A stretch of DNA of 64,000 nucleotides, taken from an uncultured Candidatus Micrarchaeota archaeon. Its GTDB lineage: Archaea > Micrarchaeota > Micrarchaeia > Micrarchaeales > Micrarchaeaceae. The notes beneath the pieces were generated by a model. That model was not told the DNA's origin. It saw only the letters and a list, made by a program, of their open reading frames with translations, and did not search any database. How positions within the stretch are numbered: the stretch's first letter is position 1; each line of letters opens with the position of its first letter. Position numbers and translations under genes: made by a program. This document shows positions 35,683-44,407 of this stretch, in pieces. Where the stretch lies: assembly GCA_963741095.1 (NCBI GenBank), contig CAVUGN010000002.1, forward strand, positions 128,001-192,000. Direction: 5' to 3'.

Positions 35683-38445
35683 ATGGCAAAGCAAGGCGTC
35701 CGCGCCGGCCCTCCCAAAGCAGTTCAGAGCGAGCTGGTAAAGAGCATAATAAGGAAGCACCATCGGACTCCCATCTCCTTCTACAAGCTCAAGGACATGT
35801 CGCTGGACATCGTCTACAATCCCAACTTCCTCGACGCGGTGCTGCTGCTGATGGGCTTCATCGCGGTCAACATGGCATCGCCTTTCTACCCGGCGCTGCT
35901 GATGATCCCGCTCCTCATAATAATATTCGTCATGACGCTGCGCCACCCGTTCCTGGGATTGGTGGTGTTCATAGCGCTGATGTTCCCTGCGATAATGTTC
36001 GAGGTGCCCGCGCTCGCGTGGATCTTCATGTTCGTCATAAGCATGTCCCTCATATTCGGGTACATGCACTACCGGACTCTTGCCTTCGCGTACATACTCG
36101 TGCCGCTCGCCTTCTCACCGATGGGTTACTTCTTCGAGATACCCGTCTTCATAGCAGCAATACTGGTCATAGGATACAAACGGGCCGCGATCCTCGCGGG
36201 CATGCTCGTTCTGGCGATTGTGATGGTCTCGGGAGTCACGGGAGTGCAGAACACCGGCTACATAACCTACAATCCCAAGCCAGTACACTTGATGGTGATG
36301 AACAGCACCGCAGCGCCGTACCTATCGCCGAGCATGCATCCTCTCACGCTAATGAACTTCCTTCCCGGCTTCGCCACGGCCCTCTCTACATTCGTGAGCC
36401 AGGGCCCGATAAACGCGCTGCCGCAAACGTTCAACTACATGCTTGCCGCTCTCACCTTCCAGCCGCTGCTCTATCTCGTCGAGCTCGCCGGCCTGGTGGG
36501 CATCGCGTTCGTCATAGACATGCTTGCAGTGACGCTGCGGTCGAGCTTCAAGGGAGTCCGGTCCAGCCTGGTCGGCGTAGGCTACCCGATACTCTACATA
36601 CTCATATCCTTCATCTCGAAATCGGACTTCTCGCTCATCATGCCGCTGGTGAGCTTCGCGATAGCGCCCTGCACGCTGTACATACTGGAGCTCTACAACG
36701 TCAACATAGTGCAGGCGCTCGCGGTAAAGAAGCAGGACATACGCATGAAATTCGGCGAGGCATTCGAGGACCTGCAATCGGAGAACTTCTCCGGCACATT
36801 TGCCGAAATAGGCAATTACGAAGCGACAAAAAAGGAGCTGCACGACGCCGTGATAGCGCCGATAGAGGAGCGCGGCATAAGCAGGGCATACAACGTGAAA
36901 CCTGCCAAGGGCCTGCTGCTATTCGGGCCTCCCGGAACCGGAAAGACGATGCTGATGCGCGCCCTTGCCAACGACATCAAGGCGGGATTCTTCCTTGTCA
37001 AGGCCTCGAACCTCATATCCGCATTCCCCGGCGAGACCGAAAGGTCAATATCAAACATATTCGCGATCGCCAAGAAGAACGCCCCGGCAGTGCTGTTCTT
37101 CGACGAGATAGACGCTGTTGCAAAAAGCAGGGACCTCGAAGTCGACGAGACGCACAGGCAGGCGCTCTCGCAGCTGCTGGTCGAGCTCGACGGCTTCCAG
37201 AAGATAAGCAACGTGGTCGTAGTCGGAGCGACGAACGCGCCGCACCTGATAGACGCTGCGATAATGCGCCCGGGCAGGTTCGACAAGCTGATATACATGC
37301 CGCTGCCGGATTTCAACGGAAGGAAGGCGATATTCAAGATATACCTCAGCAAGCTCCCAGTGTCGAAGGACGTCGACCTGGGCGAGCTGGCCGAGAAGAC
37401 CGAAAGGTATTCGGGCGCCGACATAAAGGCGTTGACGGAGAACGTCGCGCAGATCATAGCGCAAGAGGCATCGAGCCAGCACAAGGTGCTCGAGATCAAT
37501 CAGGAAGACCTGCTGAACGCGATAAAGACGACCAAGCCTTCGACGTCGCTCGCGCAGCTCGAGGAATACAACAAGTTCAGGCTGGACTTCGAGAGGCGGT
37601 CGCTTTCTGAAGGGAAGGTCGAGAAGACCGAGCAGGTGGGGCTCGACGACGTGATAGGCCTGGAGGACGCGAAGAAGTCGATAGTAGAGGCGATACAGAT
37701 ACCGCTCATGCACCCTGACCTGATAAAGAGGTACGACATAAAGCCGATAAACGGGATGCTGCTCTTCGGCCCTCCCGGAACCGGAAAGACGATGCTGATG
37801 CGCGCCGTGAGCAACGAGATGAAGGGCGTGACCATACTCGAGCTTCGCGGGTCCGACATAGTGAATGCGGGCAAGGAGAACGCGATAGTGATGATAAGGA
37901 AGACCTTCGAACGGGCCATAGAGAACGTCCCATCCATAATATTCGTGGACGAGATAGACACCATGATACCCAAAAGGGAGGGGGCCACCGAAGCGGGTGC
38001 GCAAATCACCGGAGAGATGCTGGAGCAGATAGACGGCATAAAGAAGGCGACCGGCGTCGTCCTGATTGCCGCCACGAACAGGCCCGAGGCGCTTGACGCG
38101 GCCATACTCCGCGCAGGAAGGTTCGACAAGATGATATTCGTGAGGCCGCCCAACGCGGAAGAGAGAGCCTCGCTCTTCAGGATCTACCTGAAGAACGTGC
38201 CCGTAGCGAAAGACATCGATTTCGATAAACTCGGAGTGGAATCCGACGGATTCACCGGCGCAGACATAGCCAACGTCTGCAGGCAGGCGAAAACAAACGC
38301 GCTCGCAACCACCGTAAGGACGGGCGAAGAGATCCAGATATCCCACGACAACGTGGAATCGATACTGCGCAACCTCAGGCCTTCTGCACCGAGCCTCGTG
38401 GTCAGCGGCTACCTCACCTTCCTCGCAAGGTACGGCCAGAGATAA
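35683..38445 (+). CDS. Polytopic membrane protein fused to tandem Cdc48/Vps4-like AAA ATPase domains
   Basis: About 10 hydrophobic helices in residues ~48-340; two GPPGTGKT, Walker B FFDEID/FVDEID, ATN, SRH RPGRFD/RAGRFD, SGADI/TGADI. Confidence 0.9.
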   Translation: MAKQGVRAGPPKAVQSELVKSIIRKHHRTPISFYKLKDMSLDIVYNPNFLDAVLLLMGFIAVNMASPFYPALLMIPLLIIIFVMTLRHPFLGLVVFIALMFPAIMFEVPALAWIFMFVISMSLIFGYMHYRTLAFAYILVPLAFSPMGYFFEIPVFIAAILVIGYKRAAILAGMLVLAIVMVSGVTGVQNTGYITYNPKPVHLMVMNSTAAPYLSPSMHPLTLMNFLPGFATALSTFVSQGPINALPQTFNYMLAALTFQPLLYLVELAGLVGIAFVIDMLAVTLRSSFKGVRSSLVGVGYPILYILISFISKSDFSLIMPLVSFAIAPCTLYILELYNVNIVQALAVKKQDIRMKFGEAFEDLQSENFSGTFAEIGNYEATKKELHDAVIAPIEERGISRAYNVKPAKGLLLFGPPGTGKTMLMRALANDIKAGFFLVKASNLISAFPGETERSISNIFAIAKKNAPAVLFFDEIDAVAKSRDLEVDETHRQALSQLLVELDGFQKISNVVVVGATNAPHLIDAAIMRPGRFDKLIYMPLPDFNGRKAIFKIYLSKLPVSKDVDLGELAEKTERYSGADIKALTENVAQIIAQEASSQHKVLEINQEDLLNAIKTTKPSTSLAQLEEYNKFRLDFERRSLSEGKVEKTEQVGLDDVIGLEDAKKSIVEAIQIPLMHPDLIKRYDIKPINGMLLFGPPGTGKTMLMRAVSNEMKGVTILELRGSDIVNAGKENAIVMIRKTFERAIENVPSIIFVDEIDTMIPKREGATEAGAQITGEMLEQIDGIKKATGVVLIAATNRPEALDAAILRAGRFDKMIFVRPPNAEERASLFRIYLKNVPVAKDIDFDKLGVESDGFTGADIANVCRQAKTNALATTVRTGEEIQISHDNVESILRNLRPSAPSLVVSGYLTFLARYGQR
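36928..37806 (+). repeat. Perfect 36-nt direct repeat (36928-36963 and 37771-37806) encoding PPGTGKTMLMRA in both AAA modules
   Basis: cctcccggaaccggaaagacgatgctgatgcgcgcc read at both positions. Confidence 0.9.
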
Positions 38446-38460
38446 AAAAGGAAAAATCGG

Positions 38461-39537
38461 TTACTTGTTTCTCTGTATCAAGAATTCGGTCAGCTGCCTG
38501 AGTCTTTCCTTCGCTTCCGATTCCTGCAGCTTCGTCTCTATCCTGCTCCAGGCTTCCTTGACGATTCTCTCCTGTAGCTTTTCAGAGTACTCCCTTGCTT
38601 TGTACTTGGTTATTATCGCGATCGCCTCGTTTATCAGCGATCTGTCGCGCGTGTGCATGCCGAGTATCTCTGTCAATCGGCTCTTGTCCTTCGCATCGGC
38701 GCTGCGCAGCGTGTGTATGACGAGCATCGTTATCTTCCCTTCGGTTATGTCGTCTCCGACTCCGCCCTTGCTGCTCGCCACCTTGCTCTCGTACAGGTTG
38801 AGCACGTCGTCCTGAAGCTGGAAGGCGACTCCGATCGTCGCGCCGAACAGCCCAAGGTCCTCAATCATCTTGTCGTCAGCCCCACACAGAGCACCTGCCA
38901 TCTGTGTTGCCATGCGCGCGAGCACCCCGGTCTTGTCATAGACCATCTCAAGGTAGTTGTCCTGCGTTATACTTGCTGAATCGACAAGGCCCCTGTGCCA
39001 TGCAATGTCCGTGCCCTGGCCTATCGTTACCCTTAGCATCTCCCTGGTGTAGATCGAGAGCATCCTGTTCTTAGTCTCCATGGAAAGTTTTTTGCTGTCA
39101 AGAAGCGCCACGACCGGGAAGTAGAACAGGAAGTCTCCGAGGTTGAGCGCCACGTCAATTCCGTACTTCATGTGCACGGAAGGCGAGCCCCTTCTCGTTT
39201 CCGAGCTGTCCTCTATGTCGTCATGCACCAGAGTTGCGTTATGCACGACCTCTGGTATGACCGAAAATTCGACGTAATCGTCAGGATTCTTGCCAAGCGC
39301 CTCTATTATCAACAGCATGAGCACGGGTCTCCATCTCTTCCCTCCGAGCTCCAGCAGGTACCATGCCGGCTTGAGCACGCTCTCCGTTATGGCTTCGTTG
39401 TTGTACTTGTAGAGCGCCTTGCCGAGCAGCGTCTCTATGTACTTGTCGGATGACCGGACCTGAAGGTACTCCTTTATCTTCGTGTTGATGAACTCGGCCC
39501 TGACCTTCAGATAACTTTCAAAATCGTCTTTCGGCAT
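38461..39537 (-). CDS. idsA: Polyprenyl (geranylgeranyl) diphosphate synthase
   Basis: GGKRWRP, HNATLVHDDIED...RRG, GQGTD, KTG, AFQLQDD, DITEGKIT. Confidence 0.93.
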   Translation of the reverse strand: MPKDDFESYLKVRAEFINTKIKEYLQVRSSDKYIETLLGKALYKYNNEAITESVLKPAWYLLELGGKRWRPVLMLLIIEALGKNPDDYVEFSVIPEVVHNATLVHDDIEDSSETRRGSPSVHMKYGIDVALNLGDFLFYFPVVALLDSKKLSMETKNRMLSIYTREMLRVTIGQGTDIAWHRGLVDSASITQDNYLEMVYDKTGVLARMATQMAGALCGADDKMIEDLGLFGATIGVAFQLQDDVLNLYESKVASSKGGVGDDITEGKITMLVIHTLRSADAKDKSRLTEILGMHTRDRSLINEAIAIITKYKAREYSEKLQERIVKEAWSRIETKLQESEAKERLRQLTEFLIQRNK

Positions 39538-39739
39538 AAACTCGATTAATACTCTTCAATTAAGTCTTAAAGCTTATTGACGGACTACGTCAGCGGCATG
39601 GTGCAATGCCTATTTTGATCATCTTTTGATGCCAAACTTGCAGCATGAGTGAGAGATCAGAGCTCACAATTTGTGCCTCCTCCAAGACACCCACATAGAT
39701 TTATAGACTTCCCGCTCACACTCTAAATGGGTGTTAGAA

Positions 39740-40120
39740 ATGAACACAAACGAGATAATCAAGAGCGGAGTTCTGGGGGGCATAGTGATAATAGTGCTAG
39801 AGCTTCTGGTTGGCATTGCGATTCCGAGCATGGTCTATGAATTTGCAATCGTAGCTCTGCTGATCGGTGGCTTCATATCCGGCTGGATGATAAAAGGGAA
39901 GAGCGAGGATGCAGTTGTCGCTGGCGGTGCTGCGGGTCTCGTGTATGGAATTCTCGGGATGTTGATCCTCTATCCACTGCTGTCTTCGCGTTTTAGGCAC
40001 ACGCCCGCGGTTTATTTCTTCGAGATCATCATAAGCATCGTAGTGGCTGCCATAGGCGGATTTGCGGGCAACTACTTCGCATCCAAGCAGGGATCGACCA
40101 GAACATCAAAGAAGAAGTAA
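39740..40120 (+). CDS. Small 4-TM membrane protein (DUF5518-like)
   Basis: LIGGFISGW, VAGGAAG, AIGGFAG glycine-zipper helices. Confidence 0.75.
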   Translation: MNTNEIIKSGVLGGIVIIVLELLVGIAIPSMVYEFAIVALLIGGFISGWMIKGKSEDAVVAGGAAGLVYGILGMLILYPLLSSRFRHTPAVYFFEIIISIVVAAIGGFAGNYFASKQGSTRTSKKK

Positions 40121-40262
40121 AACCACTGCATCCAGTAGGCGTAGGATCCGAGCTTAGCATTGTGAATCCAATCTTCGATATGGGTCAGCACCGAAGCCTT
40201 TGCATAGCGGAGACCAATACCCTAGAAATAAATATCAATAAGGCGCATATGAACTTGATTCA

Positions 40263-40822
40263 ATGAAAGTAAGCCTAATAGGTCCTTCAAACATAAAGAA
40301 CCTCTCACAGATAATTGGCAAATCACAAACGCAGATAGAAAATATTGCAGCGGATCTGGGACGCACACTTGCAAAGAACAACTGCCGACTTGTGGTGATC
40401 TTCGGCTACGTCGGAATGCTTCAATTGGTCGGGAATCCTTTCAGGGAGAATGCTCCAAAATCGAGATGTTATACACCGAAAATGATTACGATTGGTATAC
40501 CGATATCTACATGAAATATCTGAAAGTTGCTGATGTCAAAACCAAAAAAGACAACTGGCATGACCTACTACTAAGCCTTATCAAAGATTCGGACATCGTG
40601 ATATGCGCAGGTTTGTCTGCTGGCGTATTCACGGAGATGGGATACATGAAATGGAATTTCCAAGAAGCAAAAGGTAATACAAAAGCATTAATCTGCATAA
40701 AGGAACTCCTGCCTAATGGCGAGATGCCAAAAGAGCTGACTCAAGATAAAATGGGCAAAATGATAGCAGTAATCTCTGCAAAGGACCTCGAGAAAACAAT
40801 CCTAAAATTCAAGCGCGACTGA
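40263..40822 (+). pseudogene. SLOG/LOG-like Rossmannoid protein split by an apparent 1-nt frameshift near 40450
   Basis: ORF 40263..40514 (MKVSLIGP...LGRTLAKNN...GMLQLVG) continues in ORF 40466..40822 (LIKDSDIVICAGLSAGVFTEMGY); overlapping frames, AT-rich. Confidence 0.6.
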
Positions 40823-40824
40823 AA

Positions 40825-40896
40825 TGGGCCCGCGGAGAGTCGAACTCCGATCTCTAGCGTGTAAGGCTGGCATCTTAACCGTTGGACTACGGGCCC
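40825..40896 (-). tRNA. tRNA-Val(TAC), intronless
   Basis: GGGCCCG/CGGGCCC-A, CCAGC-CT TAC AC-GCTAG, CGGAG-TTCGACT-CTCCG. Confidence 0.93.
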
Positions 40897-40901
40897 GTGA
40901 A

Positions 40902-42125
40902 TCATTTAGAGTGCCTCTTGCAGAAGGCATCAATCCTATCTATCGCGCAGTCTAATATCTCTTTTGGAGGCAGCGCGACTATCCTGAAATGGCCTGGCTC
41001 TTCGAAGCCGGAACCCCTAGTTACCTGCACATCCTCCTCCTTGAGCAGCAGGTCCACGAACTCCCTGTCGTTCTTCAGCTTCAATTTCTCCATATGTATC
41101 TTCGGGAAGACGTAGAACGCGCCGTTGGGCTCCACGACATCGAAGTAGGGGCTCTCTTTCAGGAGTTCCGTCGCGTGGTTGGCGCGCTTCTCTATCTCCT
41201 TAGTCATCAGCCTGATCGACCTGTTGTGCTCCTTGACGTTGTTTATGGCAGCAGTGACTGCATACTGCGCTGGCGTGTTGACAGACAGCCTAACCGTAGC
41301 ATAGTTATAAAGCATCCTCTTCAGGCTCTTTGATCTGCGGTCATCTTCTGGCACCACCACAAAGCCTATCCTAAAGCCCGTAGAATCATAATCTTTCGAA
41401 GCGCCGTTCAGTATCGCGTGCGGCACGCCCTTCGCCACCTGGCTCATGCTCGTGAACTTCGCGCCGTTGTAGACGATCTCGTCGTATATTTCATCGCTTA
41501 TTAGCATCACGCCGTACTCGTTTGCGACGTCGACCACTTCCTCCAAAACCTTCCTGTCCAAGACCGTTCCGGTTGGGTTGTTCGGATTCGTTATCATCAT
41601 GTACTTTATCCTTTTTGCCAGACCTCTTGATTTTGCCTCGCTGAGCGTACTTCGAAGTACATCAAGGTGCACGCTCCATCCATCCTTTTCATCGTATTGT
41701 GCCATCAGCGCCTTCCCTCCATAGAGTTCGAGCTGCGGCATGTACATTGGATATGCCGGCCTGAGAAGAACGGCTCGGTCGCCGTCGTTTATCAGAGCAC
41801 TGTTAATGAACGACAGAGCCTCGGATATGCCTGCCGTAACTATTATATCGTCGTCCTTGAACCGAAGATTGTACATTCTCTTGTATCTCTTGATTATCGC
41901 ATCCTTCAGCATCTCGTCTCCATCTGCTTTGGAGTAACCGGTTTTGCCGAGCCTCAGTGCTTCGGCATAAGCATCAATTATGTACTTCGGAGTCGGGAAA
42001 AATTTCGGTGGGTCCCCCCTGTTAAGCTTTATGATCGTCTTGCCTCTCTTCTCAAGCTCAAGCGCGACCTTATCCTCCTCTTCTATCGGATTGAAAGCGT
42101 ACCTGCTTCTGTTTGATAAGAACAT
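40902..42125 (-). CDS. PLP-dependent class I aminotransferase (Ala/Asp type)
   Basis: KLNRGDP, ITNPNNPTG, ISDEIY, NGASKDY..TGFRIG, PNGAFYVFP. Confidence 0.93.
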   Translation of the reverse strand: MFLSNRSRYAFNPIEEEDKVALELEKRGKTIIKLNRGDPPKFFPTPKYIIDAYAEALRLGKTGYSKADGDEMLKDAIIKRYKRMYNLRFKDDDIIVTAGISEALSFINSALINDGDRAVLLRPAYPMYMPQLELYGGKALMAQYDEKDGWSVHLDVLRSTLSEAKSRGLAKRIKYMMITNPNNPTGTVLDRKVLEEVVDVANEYGVMLISDEIYDEIVYNGAKFTSMSQVAKGVPHAILNGASKDYDSTGFRIGFVVVPEDDRRSKSLKRMLYNYATVRLSVNTPAQYAVTAAINNVKEHNRSIRLMTKEIEKRANHATELLKESPYFDVVEPNGAFYVFPKIHMEKLKLKNDREFVDLLLKEEDVQVTRGSGFEEPGHFRIVALPPKEILDCAIDRIDAFCKRHSK

Positions 42126-42165
42126 GCGAATACCAATAATTACAACAATGAAATCCTATTATAAC

Positions 42166-42831
42166 CTATTTCTCCTCCAGTTTCGCCTCTTCTATCACGT
42201 ACTTTCCGACCGTGCCGGACCATTCCGTGTGCGCCTTTACGATATCTATCCTCTTCTTGAAAAGCGGGGCATCAAGGACGAACGATTCTGCCTCTCCGCC
42301 TTCGAAAGACATGTTTATCCTGTACTTCTCCTGGAGTTTTTTCAGCTTCGCTATCATCTTCTCGTCTATCACCGCGCCAAGATAGCTCTTGTCGAAGCCC
42401 TCTGCCGATACCTGGGTGACTATCGCCTTGAAGGTTTTCGATATCTCCAGCAACTCCTTCTCCGGCTCTATCATCCAGAGCGGCGACACGCAATCTATTG
42501 AAAGGTTCTTGCAAAGCTTCTCTATCCTGTCCTTCTGGTAGGCGCTTGCAACAGCGCCCGTCACCAGCTCATCGACGCGGTTCTCCTTCAAAGCGGCTTC
42601 TATATCCTCAAGTTCCTTCTCCTTCTCCCCCTTTGTCTTGTACATCACCTGCCTTATCCCGAGCGCCTCCGCCTGGAGCTTGGTGAATTCTATCGCCGCT
42701 TTGTGGAACATGTAGCTGAACGCATTGTCCGAAACAAAGGTGATGAGCAGTTCAACATCCTTGCCGACGTCGTGCATCCTGTGGATTGCAAGAGTCGAAT
42801 CCTTGCCTCCGCTGAAAAGACATGCTCTCAT
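42166..42831 (-). CDS. dph6: Diphthine--ammonia ligase (PP-loop ATPase)
   Basis: LFSGGKDS, SYMFH, GAVASAYQ, PLW, EGGEAES; ATG overlaps the nth stop. Confidence 0.92.
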   Translation of the reverse strand: MRACLFSGGKDSTLAIHRMHDVGKDVELLITFVSDNAFSYMFHKAAIEFTKLQAEALGIRQVMYKTKGEKEKELEDIEAALKENRVDELVTGAVASAYQKDRIEKLCKNLSIDCVSPLWMIEPEKELLEISKTFKAIVTQVSAEGFDKSYLGAVIDEKMIAKLKKLQEKYRINMSFEGGEAESFVLDAPLFKKRIDIVKAHTEWSGTVGKYVIEEAKLEEK

Positions 42832-43472
42832 GGTTTCACGGTGCTTGAAGGGCATATGTCGTTGAGCACGCACCTTTCGCAGTGTTTTGCGCGTGCAGTG
42901 CAAACCTCTCGCCCAAGAGCTATAAACAGGTGATTTATGTTGCCCCATTCGTCTTTCTGGAACAGTTTCATCAGTCGTGCCTCTATCTTTTCAGGATCCC
43001 TAGTCCTGACGAATCCCAGCCTGTTTGACACCGTGATGCAGTGTGTGTCTATCGCTATGCCGATGTTTATGCCGAAGGCGTTCGACAAGACGATGTTGGC
43101 AGTTTTTCTACCCACTCCTGGCAATGTTATAAGATCCTCCATCCTGTTCGGTACCTTCAGCCCAAAATCCCTCTTTATCATCCTTGCAGCATTGAGTATG
43201 CTCTTGGTTTTCTGTCTGTAGAGGCCTATGCTCCTCACATAAGGGTACAGGTCTCTCTGCGTCAGCGCACAATAATCGCCCACCCTGCCGTATTTTTTAA
43301 ACAGACCTTTTGTCACCTTGTTGACCTGCCTGTCCTGCGCCTGAGCCGACAGAATCGTCGCGACCAGCAGCTGCCAAGGATTAGAGTGCCTGAGCTCGGT
43401 GTGCATGTACCTCTTGTAGCGCACCTTGAGCCTCTTCAACGCCTCCTTCGCCCTTTTCTGTGCTGCGTCCAT
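42828..43472 (-). CDS. nth: Endonuclease III (paralog 1)
   Basis: LLVATILSAQ, LPGVGRKTAN, IAIDTH, C.....C..C.....C FeS motif. Confidence 0.95.
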   Translation of the reverse strand: MDAAQKRAKEALKRLKVRYKRYMHTELRHSNPWQLLVATILSAQAQDRQVNKVTKGLFKKYGRVGDYCALTQRDLYPYVRSIGLYRQKTKSILNAARMIKRDFGLKVPNRMEDLITLPGVGRKTANIVLSNAFGINIGIAIDTHCITVSNRLGFVRTRDPEKIEARLMKLFQKDEWGNINHLFIALGREVCTARAKHCERCVLNDICPSSTVKP

Positions 43473-43489
43473 CGCAAAAAATAAGCATT

Positions 43490-43503
43490 GATAAATATTT
43501 ATA
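43490..43503. promoter_or_regulatory. Palindromic bidirectional TATA region between the divergent nth genes
   Basis: ATAAATATTTAT (43491-43502), about 22-31 nt upstream of both ATGs. Confidence 0.55.
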
Positions 43504-43518
43504 CTGTGAATTCCAACC

Positions 43519-44175
43519 ATGGCGGAATACAAACTGCTCCCGCAAAAAGAAGCTTCAGAGCTTGTAAAAATCCTCAACGGCGCTTACAAGGATTCTCATT
43601 ACTACTTGAATTTCAAGACGCCGATAGACCTTCTCGTCGCCGCAGTGATCTCCGCGCAGACGCACGACGAGGTGGTCAACAAAACAACCCCCGCGCTGTT
43701 CTCAAAATACCACACCGCAAAGGATTATGCCAATGCTGACGAGGAAGAGCTGACAAACGCGATAAAAAGCGTTAGCTTCGCGGGCAACAAGGCGAAGAAC
43801 ATAATCGCGGCGTGCAAAATCCTCGTAGAGAAATACAATGGTAAGGTACCAGACAAGATGGAAGAGCTGATCGAGCTGCCCGGTGTGGGCCGGAAGACCG
43901 CGAACACCGTACTCATAAACGCCTACGACATAGTCGAAGGCATTCCGGTCGACACGTGGGTGATAAAGCTCTCCTACCGGCTGGGGCTGAGCCAGAACAG
44001 GAACCCTGAAAAGATAGAAAGCGACTTAAAGGAAAGAATACCAAAAGCCTACTGGAGCAAGATTGCATACGTCTTCAAGAACCACGGCAGGACGATATGC
44101 CAAACGATTCCGTACTGCAGCAAGTGCCCTATCAACAGCATATGCCCCAAGAATGATGTTTCAAAGATGAATTGA
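43519..44175 (+). CDS. nth: Endonuclease III (paralog 2)
   Basis: LLVAAVISAQ, LPGVGRKTAN, IPVDTW, CQTIPYCSKCPINSIC. Confidence 0.95.
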   Translation: MAEYKLLPQKEASELVKILNGAYKDSHYYLNFKTPIDLLVAAVISAQTHDEVVNKTTPALFSKYHTAKDYANADEEELTNAIKSVSFAGNKAKNIIAACKILVEKYNGKVPDKMEELIELPGVGRKTANTVLINAYDIVEGIPVDTWVIKLSYRLGLSQNRNPEKIESDLKERIPKAYWSKIAYVFKNHGRTICQTIPYCSKCPINSICPKNDVSKMN

Positions 44176-44400
44176 ATGGTCAGATTAACGAGATTCGGCA
44201 TGCTACTGGTCAAGGTCTTGATCATAATAGCAATAGCGGCAGTGATAGCTATCGTAAAGCTCTCGGGGCACTGGTTCCTGACGATATTCATATCAGGCGC
44301 GACAGTTGGCGGTGCGCTTATGTACGCTTACATGGCAACCATGGAGCTAAAGCGTTCCACCCGTCTTCCCCTGCGCAACAAGAAACGTTGGCCATACTGA
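44176..44400 (+). CDS. Small 2-TM membrane protein
   Basis: Two hydrophobic helices and a basic tail; fills the gap between nth and EndoQ. Confidence 0.65.
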   Translation: MVRLTRFGMLLVKVLIIIAIAAVIAIVKLSGHWFLTIFISGATVGGALMYAYMATMELKRSTRLPLRNKKRWPY

Positions 44401-44407
44401 GTGATCA

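Noticed and set aside
39666-39676. CACAATTTGTG matches part of the tRNA-Asp intron
   Set aside because: The match is only 11 nt and near-palindromic, so it is compatible with chance; there is no flanking similarity.
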